DNA of 55,546 nucleotides from Plasmodiophora brassicae (Eukaryota): NCBI GenBank assembly GCA_036867785.1, contig CP145423.1, positions 868,001 to 923,546 of the forward strand, read 5' to 3'. Shown piece by piece: positions 46,814 to 55,546 of this stretch (position 1 is its first letter; each line of letters starts with the position of its first letter). The notes under the pieces were generated by a model. It saw only the letters and a program-made list of their open reading frames with translations, ran no database searches and was not told where the DNA came from. The position numbers and the translations under genes were made by a program.

Positions 46814-49800
46814 TCAGCAGGATTGCACAATCAAGGCGAATATCATCAGTACACGTACAGTTCGTCGGCACCTGATTGCCGACCGGTTCTGCAGTAGTGC
46901 TGCCCGCCGACTGGTTACTGTCCTGCGTACGGGGCGGCGCTCGTCACCGGCGTCGTCTCCTGCACCGCCGTCCTCAGATCCGTTGGCACCGGCAACGTCG
47001 ATGCCGCTTCGCCGCCTTCGGACGGCGTCCAGGTACATCGGCACAAGCCGGGCAACGAGCGACGCGATCCGCTCAACGACGACATCGTTCTGGCGCCTCG
47101 ACGTCAGGACGATGAGTTCGATCGACACCAGCAAGACGTCGTAGGTGTGCTTCGTCGCGCACCAGACCTCGTTGAGCTTGGCGCCGACAGCGCCGATCAG
47201 CATGAGTTCGTGGGCGAAGTCGTCCCACTCAACCGCGCCTGCGTCCAGCGACCTGAGGACCGCCGACATGTCGACGACGTGGTCATCGCCGTCCCGCTCG
47301 TCAGCGTTCCTCTTCTCACCCACGTACGTCAACACTCGTCGACCGAGGCCGCGCGCATGGAAGATCATAAGGATGATCCTCTGCTGCAGGCCCCACTTGG
47401 ACAGGTCCACGGGTGACGGCCACAGACCAGACACGCTCTTGACGAGTTTGCTGACCTGCGTCGACATCTGCCGGGGCGACTTCGACAGTTCAATCGTGTC
47501 GTCGACGCAGGGCCTCTGAACCAGCACCGCGTTGTGTGGATCGCCCAGGAACCCGTCCCAATCGACCAAGACCGGGGTGCCTTTCCCGTCCTTCCTCGAA
47601 TGCATCACGCCCATGATCAGGGCCATGGCTTCCCACGGCCAATGCCGGCGATGCTTGTTCCCGTGGAAGGCGGACGGCAGCGGCAGCTCCGCCCACGACC
47701 CTTGAGCCTGCGCCAGGGTGACCGACCGCGACGACAGCGGGACCTTGCTGATCTGCAGCGATCCAGCTGACGTCAACGGTACGATCAGGTCGGGATCACA
47801 GAGTGGCGGGACCAGCATGACGACCTGCTGGAGGATGTTCTTGAACTCGGCGGTAGGCACCCATCGACCCGCCGGACGCTGGCGCAGTGCACGACGCTGG
47901 GCCGGGCTGCTGTCGCCGGACGCCATGAGCATGCGGAGATAGGCGTCGGTGACTCGCTCCGGAGGCGCATCAACAAGGACGACGGGAGGATGTACGACAC
48001 GGCCATCCCAGCGTAGACGCAACGACACGTGAATGACATCACGCCCCAGGGCTCGGCGCCTGCCTTGTACCCTCGTCACCAACGCGCGCATGACGTCGGC
48101 CTCTCGGAAACGACTAAGCGGCACGATGGACATGACGTCACGCCAGAGCGCTACGTGCGGCAGCGTGTCCACGCCGGGCGACATCCAATTGAATGCCACC
48201 CACTCGGCGAACGTGATGTGTTGCATCGACGCGACTGAGGGGTCCAGCACGGATCCAGGGCTCGCCAGGCGATGCAGGGCGGCCGGTGACGGAAGGAACG
48301 ACTTGAACAGATAGTCGTAGTCCTGGTCGAGGTCTGGGCGATCAAGCGCATGGCTGACGTACGGCGCGAGGACCTTCCTGGACCGCAGCTGGTCGAACGC
48401 GTACGCGCCCTCTGTCTGAAGCAGGTTGAGCGCCACAGCGGCTGGCGTCAACATGTCCGAGAGCATCGACGATAACGTTCGAAACCAGGAGCGGACCAGG
48501 TAGGTCAACGCATGCCGGCACCCCTTAACCGAAATCCGAAGGATCGTCGACATCACGTCGGCGTTGTCGAACCCATGGATAAAGTTCAGGAACTGGCCCT
48601 CGTGAATGCGCAGGTTTAAGGGGTCCATGAAAGCTGGATCGATGAACACCCTGCCGGCCGACATGCAGAAATTGACGTAATCCAGGCGCGTCCCGGGCGA
48701 CATCCACACGCCGACATTGCTGTCAGGGGTACCGCCCTGGAAGAACCGGCTTGCCGAGATGAACGAACCGTCGAGCAGTGCGTTCAGCAGGTCCTCCATG
48801 AACTGCAGGCAGTTCATCTGCCGCCGATCAATGTTCGTGACGAACGGTGATCGGCGCCCGCCCTCGATGGGTCGGAACATGGCCCGATACATCAGACGGG
48901 GGAAGTGGGCGTACTGCTCATGTTTCCGCAGAAGATGGGCCCAGAAGTCGTGCGCCGCGATGCACAGGATCGTGTCGTCGTCGTTCAGGTGGGCAACTTC
49001 GCGCCACATCGACTGGAACACAGCGCCGCGCATCGACAGGTTTGCGATGTACTCGCAGCGGTGAACGACGGGGACCCTTTCGCGCATCATCTGGCGGCAC
49101 CATCGTATTCTCTGCGTCATCGACCTGTGAACCGGCTTGAGGGCTCGCTTCACGTCCGTCTTGCGGATCGGCCCGTACTTCCTCAGAGACCGCGGCAACG
49201 AAGCGATGAATTTACGAGTGTTACCGCGATCGAAAGACGCCCGCACACAGGCGCTGAATGTGGCCAGGTGCGAGTAGCGCACAGGCGCCGCCAGTATTCG
49301 TGATCGATCTCTTGTGCGTTGAGACACTGTCGCATTGTACGCTGATCTCGCTGAAGCCATTGTCGAGCCGCACCGCGTTTTACATCCCCCAAACGCGGCA
49401 ACCTCACCGATCGGGTAATAGGAGTGGGATCGCGCAGGAGCGCCGCGGGTGGCGTCTCGGTCGCGTAGAGCGCTGTAGTCGCGACAGACGGCCACAGGTG
49501 TCTGATCCGGAAACGGCTCAGCGGCCACGTTGCTGCCAATGTCAAACCGGCCGCAGTCAACGATCGCGGTCGGCCAGAACGTTCGGAGGTAGTGGCGCTG
49601 CTCCAGGATCGAGCCGACGTTGTCCATCCTCGTAAATGATCGAACGCCCAACGATTGCATCAGAACCATCGTCGAGTCCTGCAGGTACAATGCCAGTGTG
49701 TCCAGCATGGTTCGCGCGTCTCGCGGCGCGAACCGTACAGGACGCTTGTGGTTGTTGTACTGCTGGCTGTAGTCGACGAGTTCGTCGGGAAGTCGATCAG

Positions 49801-50947
49801 AGCACGCGGCGATGGCCTCGCTGACTGCGGCGCGGCAGGAACTGGAGAAGCCGCGTCGTGTCGAGTGACGACTCGTACTCACCAGGAACAACGTGATCGT
49901 GGCCATTGGCGAGCAATACACTTCACCGAGGAGGAACATGGGAAACTTGGTTATCGGCGTTGGACGCGGTTCGCCTTCCAGCTGCACCCGAAGGTCGTGA
50001 AATGTGCTCCCGTTGACCGCTTGGCGGCCAGCGTGCCGTCCCCAGGCTGTCATCAAGTGCAGCGACGTGAACGCCGTTGCCCTCTCGAGCGGGAAGACCT
50101 GAAGCCATCGCTGGAACGACGTACAAATGGCCTGAAGCGAATCGACGTCCATGGTCTGGAGAATGTCGGGCACGCCGCCATGCCTCTCAGACGCTGCGCG
50201 TGCCTCGGCTGAAACATCGAAGCGGTACTTGCCAGAGAAGCAGTCGGCTTTCGGTAGCCCATGCTGTGTCCAGAACAGGTCACCAGCGAAGTCTTGCAGA
50301 CTAATCGTCTCAAACGCGCTGCAGTCAGTATGCGGTTGGCTTCCCCTTGTCAACTGCTTTTCTTCCGATTCAGCCAAGAGGGCGAAGGACGGATCCGCGC
50401 CATAAGGGTTACCTAACCCGACCTGGCCGTCATCGGACGCAGCAGCATCGTCTTCCGAAGAAACCGTGCCAGATGAGTCCGACGAAGGCGCTCCATCGCG
50501 GTCGTCATCACCTTGAGCGGTGGCCCTCCTTGAATTGTCTTCAGGTACGCGGACGCTGCCACCAGCGTCGTCACCGTCTTCCGCTTCGACATCGACTTCG
50601 TCGGCTGCGGCCAGCTTCTGCCGTTCCCGGATATCGCGAAGATAATCAAACGTTGTTCGCGAGAAGGAGTCGGAACTAACAGCATCATCGTCGCTGTCTC
50701 GGTTCGTGTTGCACAGGCCGACGGGAACCCCGGAAGAGTCACACATCAGTACCATGGGTGCAGGACGCAAAGCGTCACCCATGACCAGGTCGGACGGCAG
50801 GACAGGGATCAGATCGAAGCTGTTCAAGTTGCCTCGATTCGTCTGCAAAGGTAAGACCACGGTCGCCAGCACTGACAACGCCACGACGTGCGGCACGCGA
50901 CTCGTAAACTCCTGCAACACATTCAGCCGTTGGTCTGTTGACAGCAT
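46814..50947 (-). CDS. Large intronless hypothetical protein (1377 aa)
   Basis: Uninterrupted 4.1-kb ORF with an acidic N-terminal region and a globular-looking body; starts 16 nt after the stop of the upstream ORF. Confidence 0.8.
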   Translation of the reverse strand: MLSTDQRLNVLQEFTSRVPHVVALSVLATVVLPLQTNRGNLNSFDLIPVLPSDLVMGDALRPAPMVLMCDSSGVPVGLCNTNRDSDDDAVSSDSFSRTTFDYLRDIRERQKLAAADEVDVEAEDGDDAGGSVRVPEDNSRRATAQGDDDRDGAPSSDSSGTVSSEDDAAASDDGQVGLGNPYGADPSFALLAESEEKQLTRGSQPHTDCSAFETISLQDFAGDLFWTQHGLPKADCFSGKYRFDVSAEARAASERHGGVPDILQTMDVDSLQAICTSFQRWLQVFPLERATAFTSLHLMTAWGRHAGRQAVNGSTFHDLRVQLEGEPRPTPITKFPMFLLGEVYCSPMATITLFLVSTSRHSTRRGFSSSCRAAVSEAIAACSDRLPDELVDYSQQYNNHKRPVRFAPRDARTMLDTLALYLQDSTMVLMQSLGVRSFTRMDNVGSILEQRHYLRTFWPTAIVDCGRFDIGSNVAAEPFPDQTPVAVCRDYSALRDRDATRGAPARSHSYYPIGEVAAFGGCKTRCGSTMASARSAYNATVSQRTRDRSRILAAPVRYSHLATFSACVRASFDRGNTRKFIASLPRSLRKYGPIRKTDVKRALKPVHRSMTQRIRWCRQMMRERVPVVHRCEYIANLSMRGAVFQSMWREVAHLNDDDTILCIAAHDFWAHLLRKHEQYAHFPRLMYRAMFRPIEGGRRSPFVTNIDRRQMNCLQFMEDLLNALLDGSFISASRFFQGGTPDSNVGVWMSPGTRLDYVNFCMSAGRVFIDPAFMDPLNLRIHEGQFLNFIHGFDNADVMSTILRISVKGCRHALTYLVRSWFRTLSSMLSDMLTPAAVALNLLQTEGAYAFDQLRSRKVLAPYVSHALDRPDLDQDYDYLFKSFLPSPAALHRLASPGSVLDPSVASMQHITFAEWVAFNWMSPGVDTLPHVALWRDVMSIVPLSRFREADVMRALVTRVQGRRRALGRDVIHVSLRLRWDGRVVHPPVVLVDAPPERVTDAYLRMLMASGDSSPAQRRALRQRPAGRWVPTAEFKNILQQVVMLVPPLCDPDLIVPLTSAGSLQISKVPLSSRSVTLAQAQGSWAELPLPSAFHGNKHRRHWPWEAMALIMGVMHSRKDGKGTPVLVDWDGFLGDPHNAVLVQRPCVDDTIELSKSPRQMSTQVSKLVKSVSGLWPSPVDLSKWGLQQRIILMIFHARGLGRRVLTYVGEKRNADERDGDDHVVDMSAVLRSLDAGAVEWDDFAHELMLIGAVGAKLNEVWCATKHTYDVLLVSIELIVLTSRRQNDVVVERIASLVARLVPMYLDAVRRRRSGIDVAGANGSEDGGAGDDAGDERRPVRRTVTSRRAALLQNRSAIRCRRTVRVLMIFALIVQSC

Positions 50948-50963
50948 CCGTTAAAGCAATTCA

Positions 50964-52109
50964 TCATCGTACCGTAGACATGCGCCTTTCGGCAAACCGG
51001 AGCCCGACAATCTCGCGACAGTTATCCCGCGAAGTCATGGGATGCACGTGGTCAAACAAGGCGTCCTCGGGAACGGCGAATTCGTCGAACAACGCCCTCT
51101 GATGGTTAAAGGGGACTGGTTCGTCCAGAATTACATCTAAGACGACGGGATTTGGACACAAGGCGACGGCCGCGACGAAATCAGGCACCCAGAGGCCATT
51201 GGCAGTGAAGTGCCGTTGGTCCACGATCATGACATTACCATCCTTGTTATTTTCTGCGAGTGCCTGCCGCTGCCATTTGTCCAGCTGGGCCCGGAGGATC
51301 GGTGGCGAGGTCTGCAATCGGATTTCCAATTCCCTGATGTGGCCTGCGAGGACTTCCCTGTTCGCGGGAACCTTTTGATACCAGCACAGGTACGAAAGCA
51401 ACCAGGTCGACACGTTCTCGAAAGATTGCCAGGAAAGATCATGCCAATTCTGGAAAATGTGCCTGACAGACGGGTCAACGGTGATCCCATACGTGTCATT
51501 CAATTCCGCCAGTCTGAGTCGAACAGCGTCGGTGAGCGGCTTAGGAATATCGACGTTCGTACCGGCCCTCCTGCGCCCCACGAACCACAAACGTGGTTCC
51601 CAAAGCCACTCCCCCTCGGAACTAGCGTCATCCGGCGCTTGGCAATCCTGATCGTCATGGGCGTTTCCGCCGGGGTCGTCCGGCTTGGCGCCTGCGTGCA
51701 TGTCGTCCTCGTCTTGGTCGTCGAGCTCTGCGTCATCGATTGGGTATAACTCAGATTCGTCCAGATTGTCAAGATCCATCACCGCATCCGTCAAGACTGT
51801 TCTGGGGACGTCACCGCGATGGACGGCTACAGAGAGAAGATTGTTTGGTGTGCAACTCGACGGCTGCATTGAAGGAATATTGTCGTACGCTTGGCGACGA
51901 ACAGCAGGCAGGAACGATACACTATCATCTGAGGAAGATGATGTTCTCGACTCTGATGGAGGCGGACGGACCGGCATCTTAAGCGAATCAGGAGACGTTC
52001 GAACAGCGGTGATTGACACGAGAGCAACTGCAGACGACGATTCCGGTTGGCACCCTGTCAGTGGGGGCACATCACGAGGCCAAGACGTCGATGCGGTTAC
52101 GCAATTCAT
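50964..52109 (-). CDS. Hypothetical protein (381 aa), Ser/Asp-rich N-half
   Basis: Intact ORF, co-oriented with its neighbours. Confidence 0.7.
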   Translation of the reverse strand: MNCVTASTSWPRDVPPLTGCQPESSSAVALVSITAVRTSPDSLKMPVRPPPSESRTSSSSDDSVSFLPAVRRQAYDNIPSMQPSSCTPNNLLSVAVHRGDVPRTVLTDAVMDLDNLDESELYPIDDAELDDQDEDDMHAGAKPDDPGGNAHDDQDCQAPDDASSEGEWLWEPRLWFVGRRRAGTNVDIPKPLTDAVRLRLAELNDTYGITVDPSVRHIFQNWHDLSWQSFENVSTWLLSYLCWYQKVPANREVLAGHIRELEIRLQTSPPILRAQLDKWQRQALAENNKDGNVMIVDQRHFTANGLWVPDFVAAVALCPNPVVLDVILDEPVPFNHQRALFDEFAVPEDALFDHVHPMTSRDNCREIVGLRFAERRMSTVR

Positions 52110-52159
52110 GTTACAAGGGGTTGTTTGCGAGTTTGGGCCACCGTCAGTTGAACATTACG

Positions 52160-52483
52160 CTATCGTTGGAAAGAGCAGGGAAAATCAGAGGCAGCTGGGA
52201 TGTTTCCGTTGGCATATGTGCCACCGTTCCTCTCGTATCGCCAAGAATGTAGCGCGACTGGGCAGAGTTTGGAAGGTGGTGCGCAACGTAGGTGCCTGTT
52301 AACACCGTCAGCAGTTCGGCTACTGCGGTGGATGCTTACGGTAGATGATGTTGTGGTGTCCGTTTTGCCTTTCTGCAGCTTCGCAAGCTGTTCGTCAGCA
52401 GCACTGCGGCGTCTCGCTGAACCGGCGTCTGACGCGAATCGCTGAAGGCGGTGTTGTTTATGAAACAATTTGCGTGCGGACAC
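52160..52483 (-). CDS. Small basic ORF (107 aa, GTG start), possibly an exon
   Basis: Begins 18 nt after the RT stop; basic helical N-half. Confidence 0.3.
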   Translation of the reverse strand: MSARKLFHKQHRLQRFASDAGSARRRSAADEQLAKLQKGKTDTTTSSTVSIHRSSRTADGVNRHLRCAPPSKLCPVALHSWRYERNGGTYANGNIPAASDFPCSFQR

Positions 52484-52501
52484 CGTGGCGGAGTTTGAAG
52501 A

Positions 52502-54400
52502 TTAGCGCAAACGCTGGCGCTTGTTGTGGATGGCTAAGTACGTGGCCTGGTTGTCGCTGATGTTTGATGTGGATGACAGGGCCAGAATGTTTGGATTGCG
52601 TTGGAACGCAATCCTGAATTGAAGCTTGATCGCTTGACAGGTCGGCATGCTGTTCAACGTGCGAATCATGTCTCTGAACGCCGTGGTCGTTGGGGACATG
52701 TTGAACGGGATTGACAGCGTCATGACTTTGTCATCTCGTTCACGAACTCTTGGCCTCAGATATTCATCTCGTGCGTGCGGGTTGACTCGCATGATGATGT
52801 TGTCGACAAAAGTAGTACTGAAGCTGCGGGCCAAAAGGCGTCGTCGGAACAGTAGGATCATCGCCAGTCGATCTTGAAGGCATGTGTTCGTGCGTACATA
52901 CCGGATGCACTCCCCGCGGATATACCCCGAGATGCAGGCCGGGTTGTGGAACGAGCTGGGCGGGATGTACTGGTAACAGTTGTTCGGCTTCTGATAGGTC
53001 TTGAACGCTGCTCGGCCGCGTAGTTTGTAGACGGTCAAGTCCAGGAAGTCGACCGAGTCGTAGGAGTAATTGAAGTTAACCGTGATGCCGGCTATGTACT
53101 CGCCCATTGCTGATGCTGTGCGTTCCAAGGCGTCGATGCCGTAGATGTACACAGCGAATATGTCGTCAATATATCGGCGGTAGTATTTGAAGCATCTCAC
53201 GAAGCGGTGGTCGAAGTCCTTCAGGTAGATGTTCGCGCAATAGACTGCGGCATTGCAGCCCATGGCAATACCATCCGTCTGATGGAAGACCGTCTCGCCG
53301 TAGAGAAAGTAGTTCGACTTACAAATGACTTCCAGAACGGTTACCATGAACTCGGCGATCTGGTCGGAGTGGATCTGCCTGAGCTCTTGACGAACGACTC
53401 GGTAGAGACGTTCTAGTGACATCATTGTGTAGAGGGAGGTCACGTCCCCTGTAACCAGCAGGTCCTGGTCGTTAAGCGGAGTCCTTTCGAAGTCGATCAC
53501 GAGTTCCGTCGAGTCTCTCAGGGAGTGTTCAACAGTGACTGCTTCTAGCTTTGTCGCTAGGAAGATCGCCCAATTTGTGGTGATCCATTTGACGGCGCCG
53601 ACAATTGGACGAGACGGGATGGGAACACCTGGTGGCGTTCGCTTGTGCAGCTTTGGAAGAACATGGAACTTTGGAAGTGATTCGTCACCTTGATTGAGGA
53701 AGTTCTTGGCTTGATTGGTGAGTAGACCGAGGTGTTTAGCTTGGAACATAAGAGTCGCCGATCGGATACGTAATGTGTTCAGAATGTCGACCCACTGTTC
53801 ACAGTTAACCGGACCGACGTGTGCGTAATGCTCACCATCACTTAGATGCGCCCAGACCATGTCGTCGTACGTCTCGATTGGTAGGACGACGATGCCCATG
53901 TTTTTGTCCGACAGCACGATCTTGACACGTGGGTCGTTGCTGAGCCTGCGCATCGCCCGCGTAATACGATCCGGACTTGTTAGGACGTGGTTGCTGAGGA
54001 TGGCGCTGGATTTGTTGTTAATGTACTCGATGACCGTGTGGCATTCGGCGGTGTTCTCCGGCGGAAGCCACGTGTTACGTGCTTGTAGTCGTGGATCGTA
54101 ATCGTCATTTTGGGCAATGTTGCACACGTTGTGGAAGAAGTCATACACTCTGATGCGTCGCGTGAACTGGCCGATGCTACAGACGTACGTCGCCACGGGT
54201 GGTGCTGTTGGCCTTGGGCAGAATCTGGGACCTAACCCAAGGAACTTTAGATCCGGCAGGTCATCGGCAAGTGGCGGTGGCAGTAGGTTATGAAAGCTGA
54301 AGTTGGCAAACGACGGTAAGTACTGGATTCGGCGTAGTTTAGCTGCATGGATGGACGGGAACTTGCGATGTACGTAGACGTCCCGTCGCATCTTCCGCAT
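52502..54400 (-). CDS. Penelope-like reverse transcriptase lacking GIY-YIG endonuclease (Athena/Coprina type)
   Basis: PLE motifs LGLGPRFCP, SDKNMGIVVL, LPKLHK..P.RPIV, GDVTSLYT, QTDGIAMG, RRYIDDIF, VDFLDL, YQKP...YIPPSSFH. The ORF ends ~30 aa after RNPNI with no GIY-YIG. Confidence 0.93.
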   Translation of the reverse strand: MRKMRRDVYVHRKFPSIHAAKLRRIQYLPSFANFSFHNLLPPPLADDLPDLKFLGLGPRFCPRPTAPPVATYVCSIGQFTRRIRVYDFFHNVCNIAQNDDYDPRLQARNTWLPPENTAECHTVIEYINNKSSAILSNHVLTSPDRITRAMRRLSNDPRVKIVLSDKNMGIVVLPIETYDDMVWAHLSDGEHYAHVGPVNCEQWVDILNTLRIRSATLMFQAKHLGLLTNQAKNFLNQGDESLPKFHVLPKLHKRTPPGVPIPSRPIVGAVKWITTNWAIFLATKLEAVTVEHSLRDSTELVIDFERTPLNDQDLLVTGDVTSLYTMMSLERLYRVVRQELRQIHSDQIAEFMVTVLEVICKSNYFLYGETVFHQTDGIAMGCNAAVYCANIYLKDFDHRFVRCFKYYRRYIDDIFAVYIYGIDALERTASAMGEYIAGITVNFNYSYDSVDFLDLTVYKLRGRAAFKTYQKPNNCYQYIPPSSFHNPACISGYIRGECIRYVRTNTCLQDRLAMILLFRRRLLARSFSTTFVDNIIMRVNPHARDEYLRPRVRERDDKVMTLSIPFNMSPTTTAFRDMIRTLNSMPTCQAIKLQFRIAFQRNPNILALSSTSNISDNQATYLAIHNKRQRLR

Positions 54401-55149
54401 TACTGCTGTACGGCTCGGCCGCGTCCTCTTCCGCGTCCTCGTCCGCGTCCTCGTCCACGTCCTCTTCCTCGCTGTTGCGTTCCGTGCGGTTGCCTCTGGC
54501 TTTCGCTTCGGGGTTGACGTTGTTGCCCAGATGCGTGCCCGCCGCCAGCCTGGGCGTCCTGACGGCGGCTGCCTTTTCCCGGTCGCATCTTCGCCACCTT
54601 TTCATTGACCAGTCGTTCGATGTCCTTCTTCGACGGGATCATCTTCTGCAAGTCCCGTTTGCTTAGCATGACTGGTTCGTCTAGCTGCGCTTGACGGGCT
54701 TGGAACTTGGCACGCTTGGCTTCCTTGGCTCGTGCGTGTTGGTCGGCCTGTTGCTTGAAGAGCACAGTATAGTGGTTGCGGATAGTTGCTCGAATGATGG
54801 GAATCCATTTGTAGAGTGGATCCACAGGGTTGCGGAAGTCTTGGAGCGGGTCGTGATCGTCGTCGTCGTCCACGAGCATCGCGCGTCGCGCAGCAGCCGG
54901 TCGATCCTCCCAGATATTCTCCATGGCTTCGATGTTCGCTTTCAGTTCGGCTTCGTGTTCTTCCTTCGCCTCCGTCAGTTTTGCTCTAGCTTGATCGAGG
55001 CGTGCCGTAAGATTGTGTTTCTCGCAGGCCATGATGAACTCGAAGCCTTTTCCTAGCGTTTCGCGGTCGCTAATCTTGGCGGGGATCGATTTCTTGTATC
55101 GGTCCATGATTGCCTTTGGTGGTGGATTATCCATGGAATACTCTTCCAT
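54400..55149 (-). CDS. PLE ORF1: coiled-coil protein with C-terminal (RG)n tail, probably 5'-truncated
   Basis: Heptad-rich helices and RGRGRGRGRGRGRGRGR. Its stop overlaps the RT start (TAATG). The frame stays open upstream until a TAA inside the first telomeric repeat. Confidence 0.85.
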   Translation of the reverse strand: MEEYSMDNPPPKAIMDRYKKSIPAKISDRETLGKGFEFIMACEKHNLTARLDQARAKLTEAKEEHEAELKANIEAMENIWEDRPAAARRAMLVDDDDDHDPLQDFRNPVDPLYKWIPIIRATIRNHYTVLFKQQADQHARAKEAKRAKFQARQAQLDEPVMLSKRDLQKMIPSKKDIERLVNEKVAKMRPGKGSRRQDAQAGGGHASGQQRQPRSESQRQPHGTQQRGRGRGRGRGRGRGRGRGRAVQQ

Positions 55150-55167
55150 ATCGGCAAGCCTCGGGGC

Positions 55168-55546
55168 TTTTTAGGGTTTTAGTAGGGTTTTAGGGTTTTA
55201 GGGTTTTAGGGCTTAGGGGTTTTTAAGGGGTTTTTAGGGTTTTAGGGTTTTTATAGGGTTTTAGGGTTTTAGGGTTTTAGGGTTTTAGGGTTTTAGGGTT
55301 TTTAGGGTTTTAGGGTTTTAGGGTTTTAGGGTTTTAGGGTTTTAGGGTTTTAGGGTTTTAGGGTTTTAGGGTTTTAGGGTTTTAGGGTTTTAGGGTTTTA
55401 GGGTTTTAGGGTTTTAGGGTTTTAGGGTTTTAGGGTTTTAGGGTTTTAGGGTTTTAGGGTTTTAGGGTTTTTAGGGTTTTAGGGTTTTAGGGTTTTAGGG
55501 TTTTTTAGGGTTTTTTAGGGTTTTAGGGGCTTAGGGTTTTTTAGGG
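55168..55546 (+). repeat. Telomere (TTTTAGGG)n
   Basis: Terminal G-strand array with degenerate proximal units. Confidence 0.98.

Larger units (their letters stand above)
52502..55167 (-). mobile_element. Telomere-attached endonuclease-deficient Penelope-like element (core; may extend to ~45300 or beyond)
   Basis: ORF1 plus EN-less PLE RT with the 5' end abutting the telomeric tract, the orientation known for Athena/Coprina elements. Confidence 0.85.

Noticed and set aside
52502-54400. Telomerase (TERT) gene
   Set aside because: Too short, lacks TEN/TRBD/T motif, and has PLE-specific DK and LPKxHK motifs plus an upstream ORF1.

Overview
This is a eukaryotic chromosome end: GC-rich, short GT-AG introns and a terminal (TTTTAGGG)n tract. 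These traits fit a plasmodiophorid such as Plasmodiophora brassicae, but that assignment is an inference. From left to right: (1) A full-length APE-RT-RNase H LINE (517-9443, 13-bp TSD) splits a signal-peptide/membrane-protein gene. The LINE is itself interrupted by a non-coding LTR element (92-bp LTRs, 5-bp TSD, self-priming-type PBS) filled with a 147/155-bp satellite. (2) A small block of host genes: secreted Kelch protein, intron-rich LRR receptor-like protein, CDF zinc transporter and 7TM protein. (3) A decayed subtelomeric zone with foldbacks, a kinase pseudogene, a Harbinger-type transposase fragment and a second LINE RT. (4) The most notable feature is an endonuclease-less Penelope-like RT with a coiled-coil/RG ORF1 whose 5' end is fused to the telomere. 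It is followed by a tightly packed, co-oriented ~7-kb train of ORFs (107, 381 and 1377 aa, plus an intron-containing USP deubiquitinase). This is a candidate Terminon-like, cargo-carrying telomeric retroelement. All homology calls are by motif recognition only; no searches were run.
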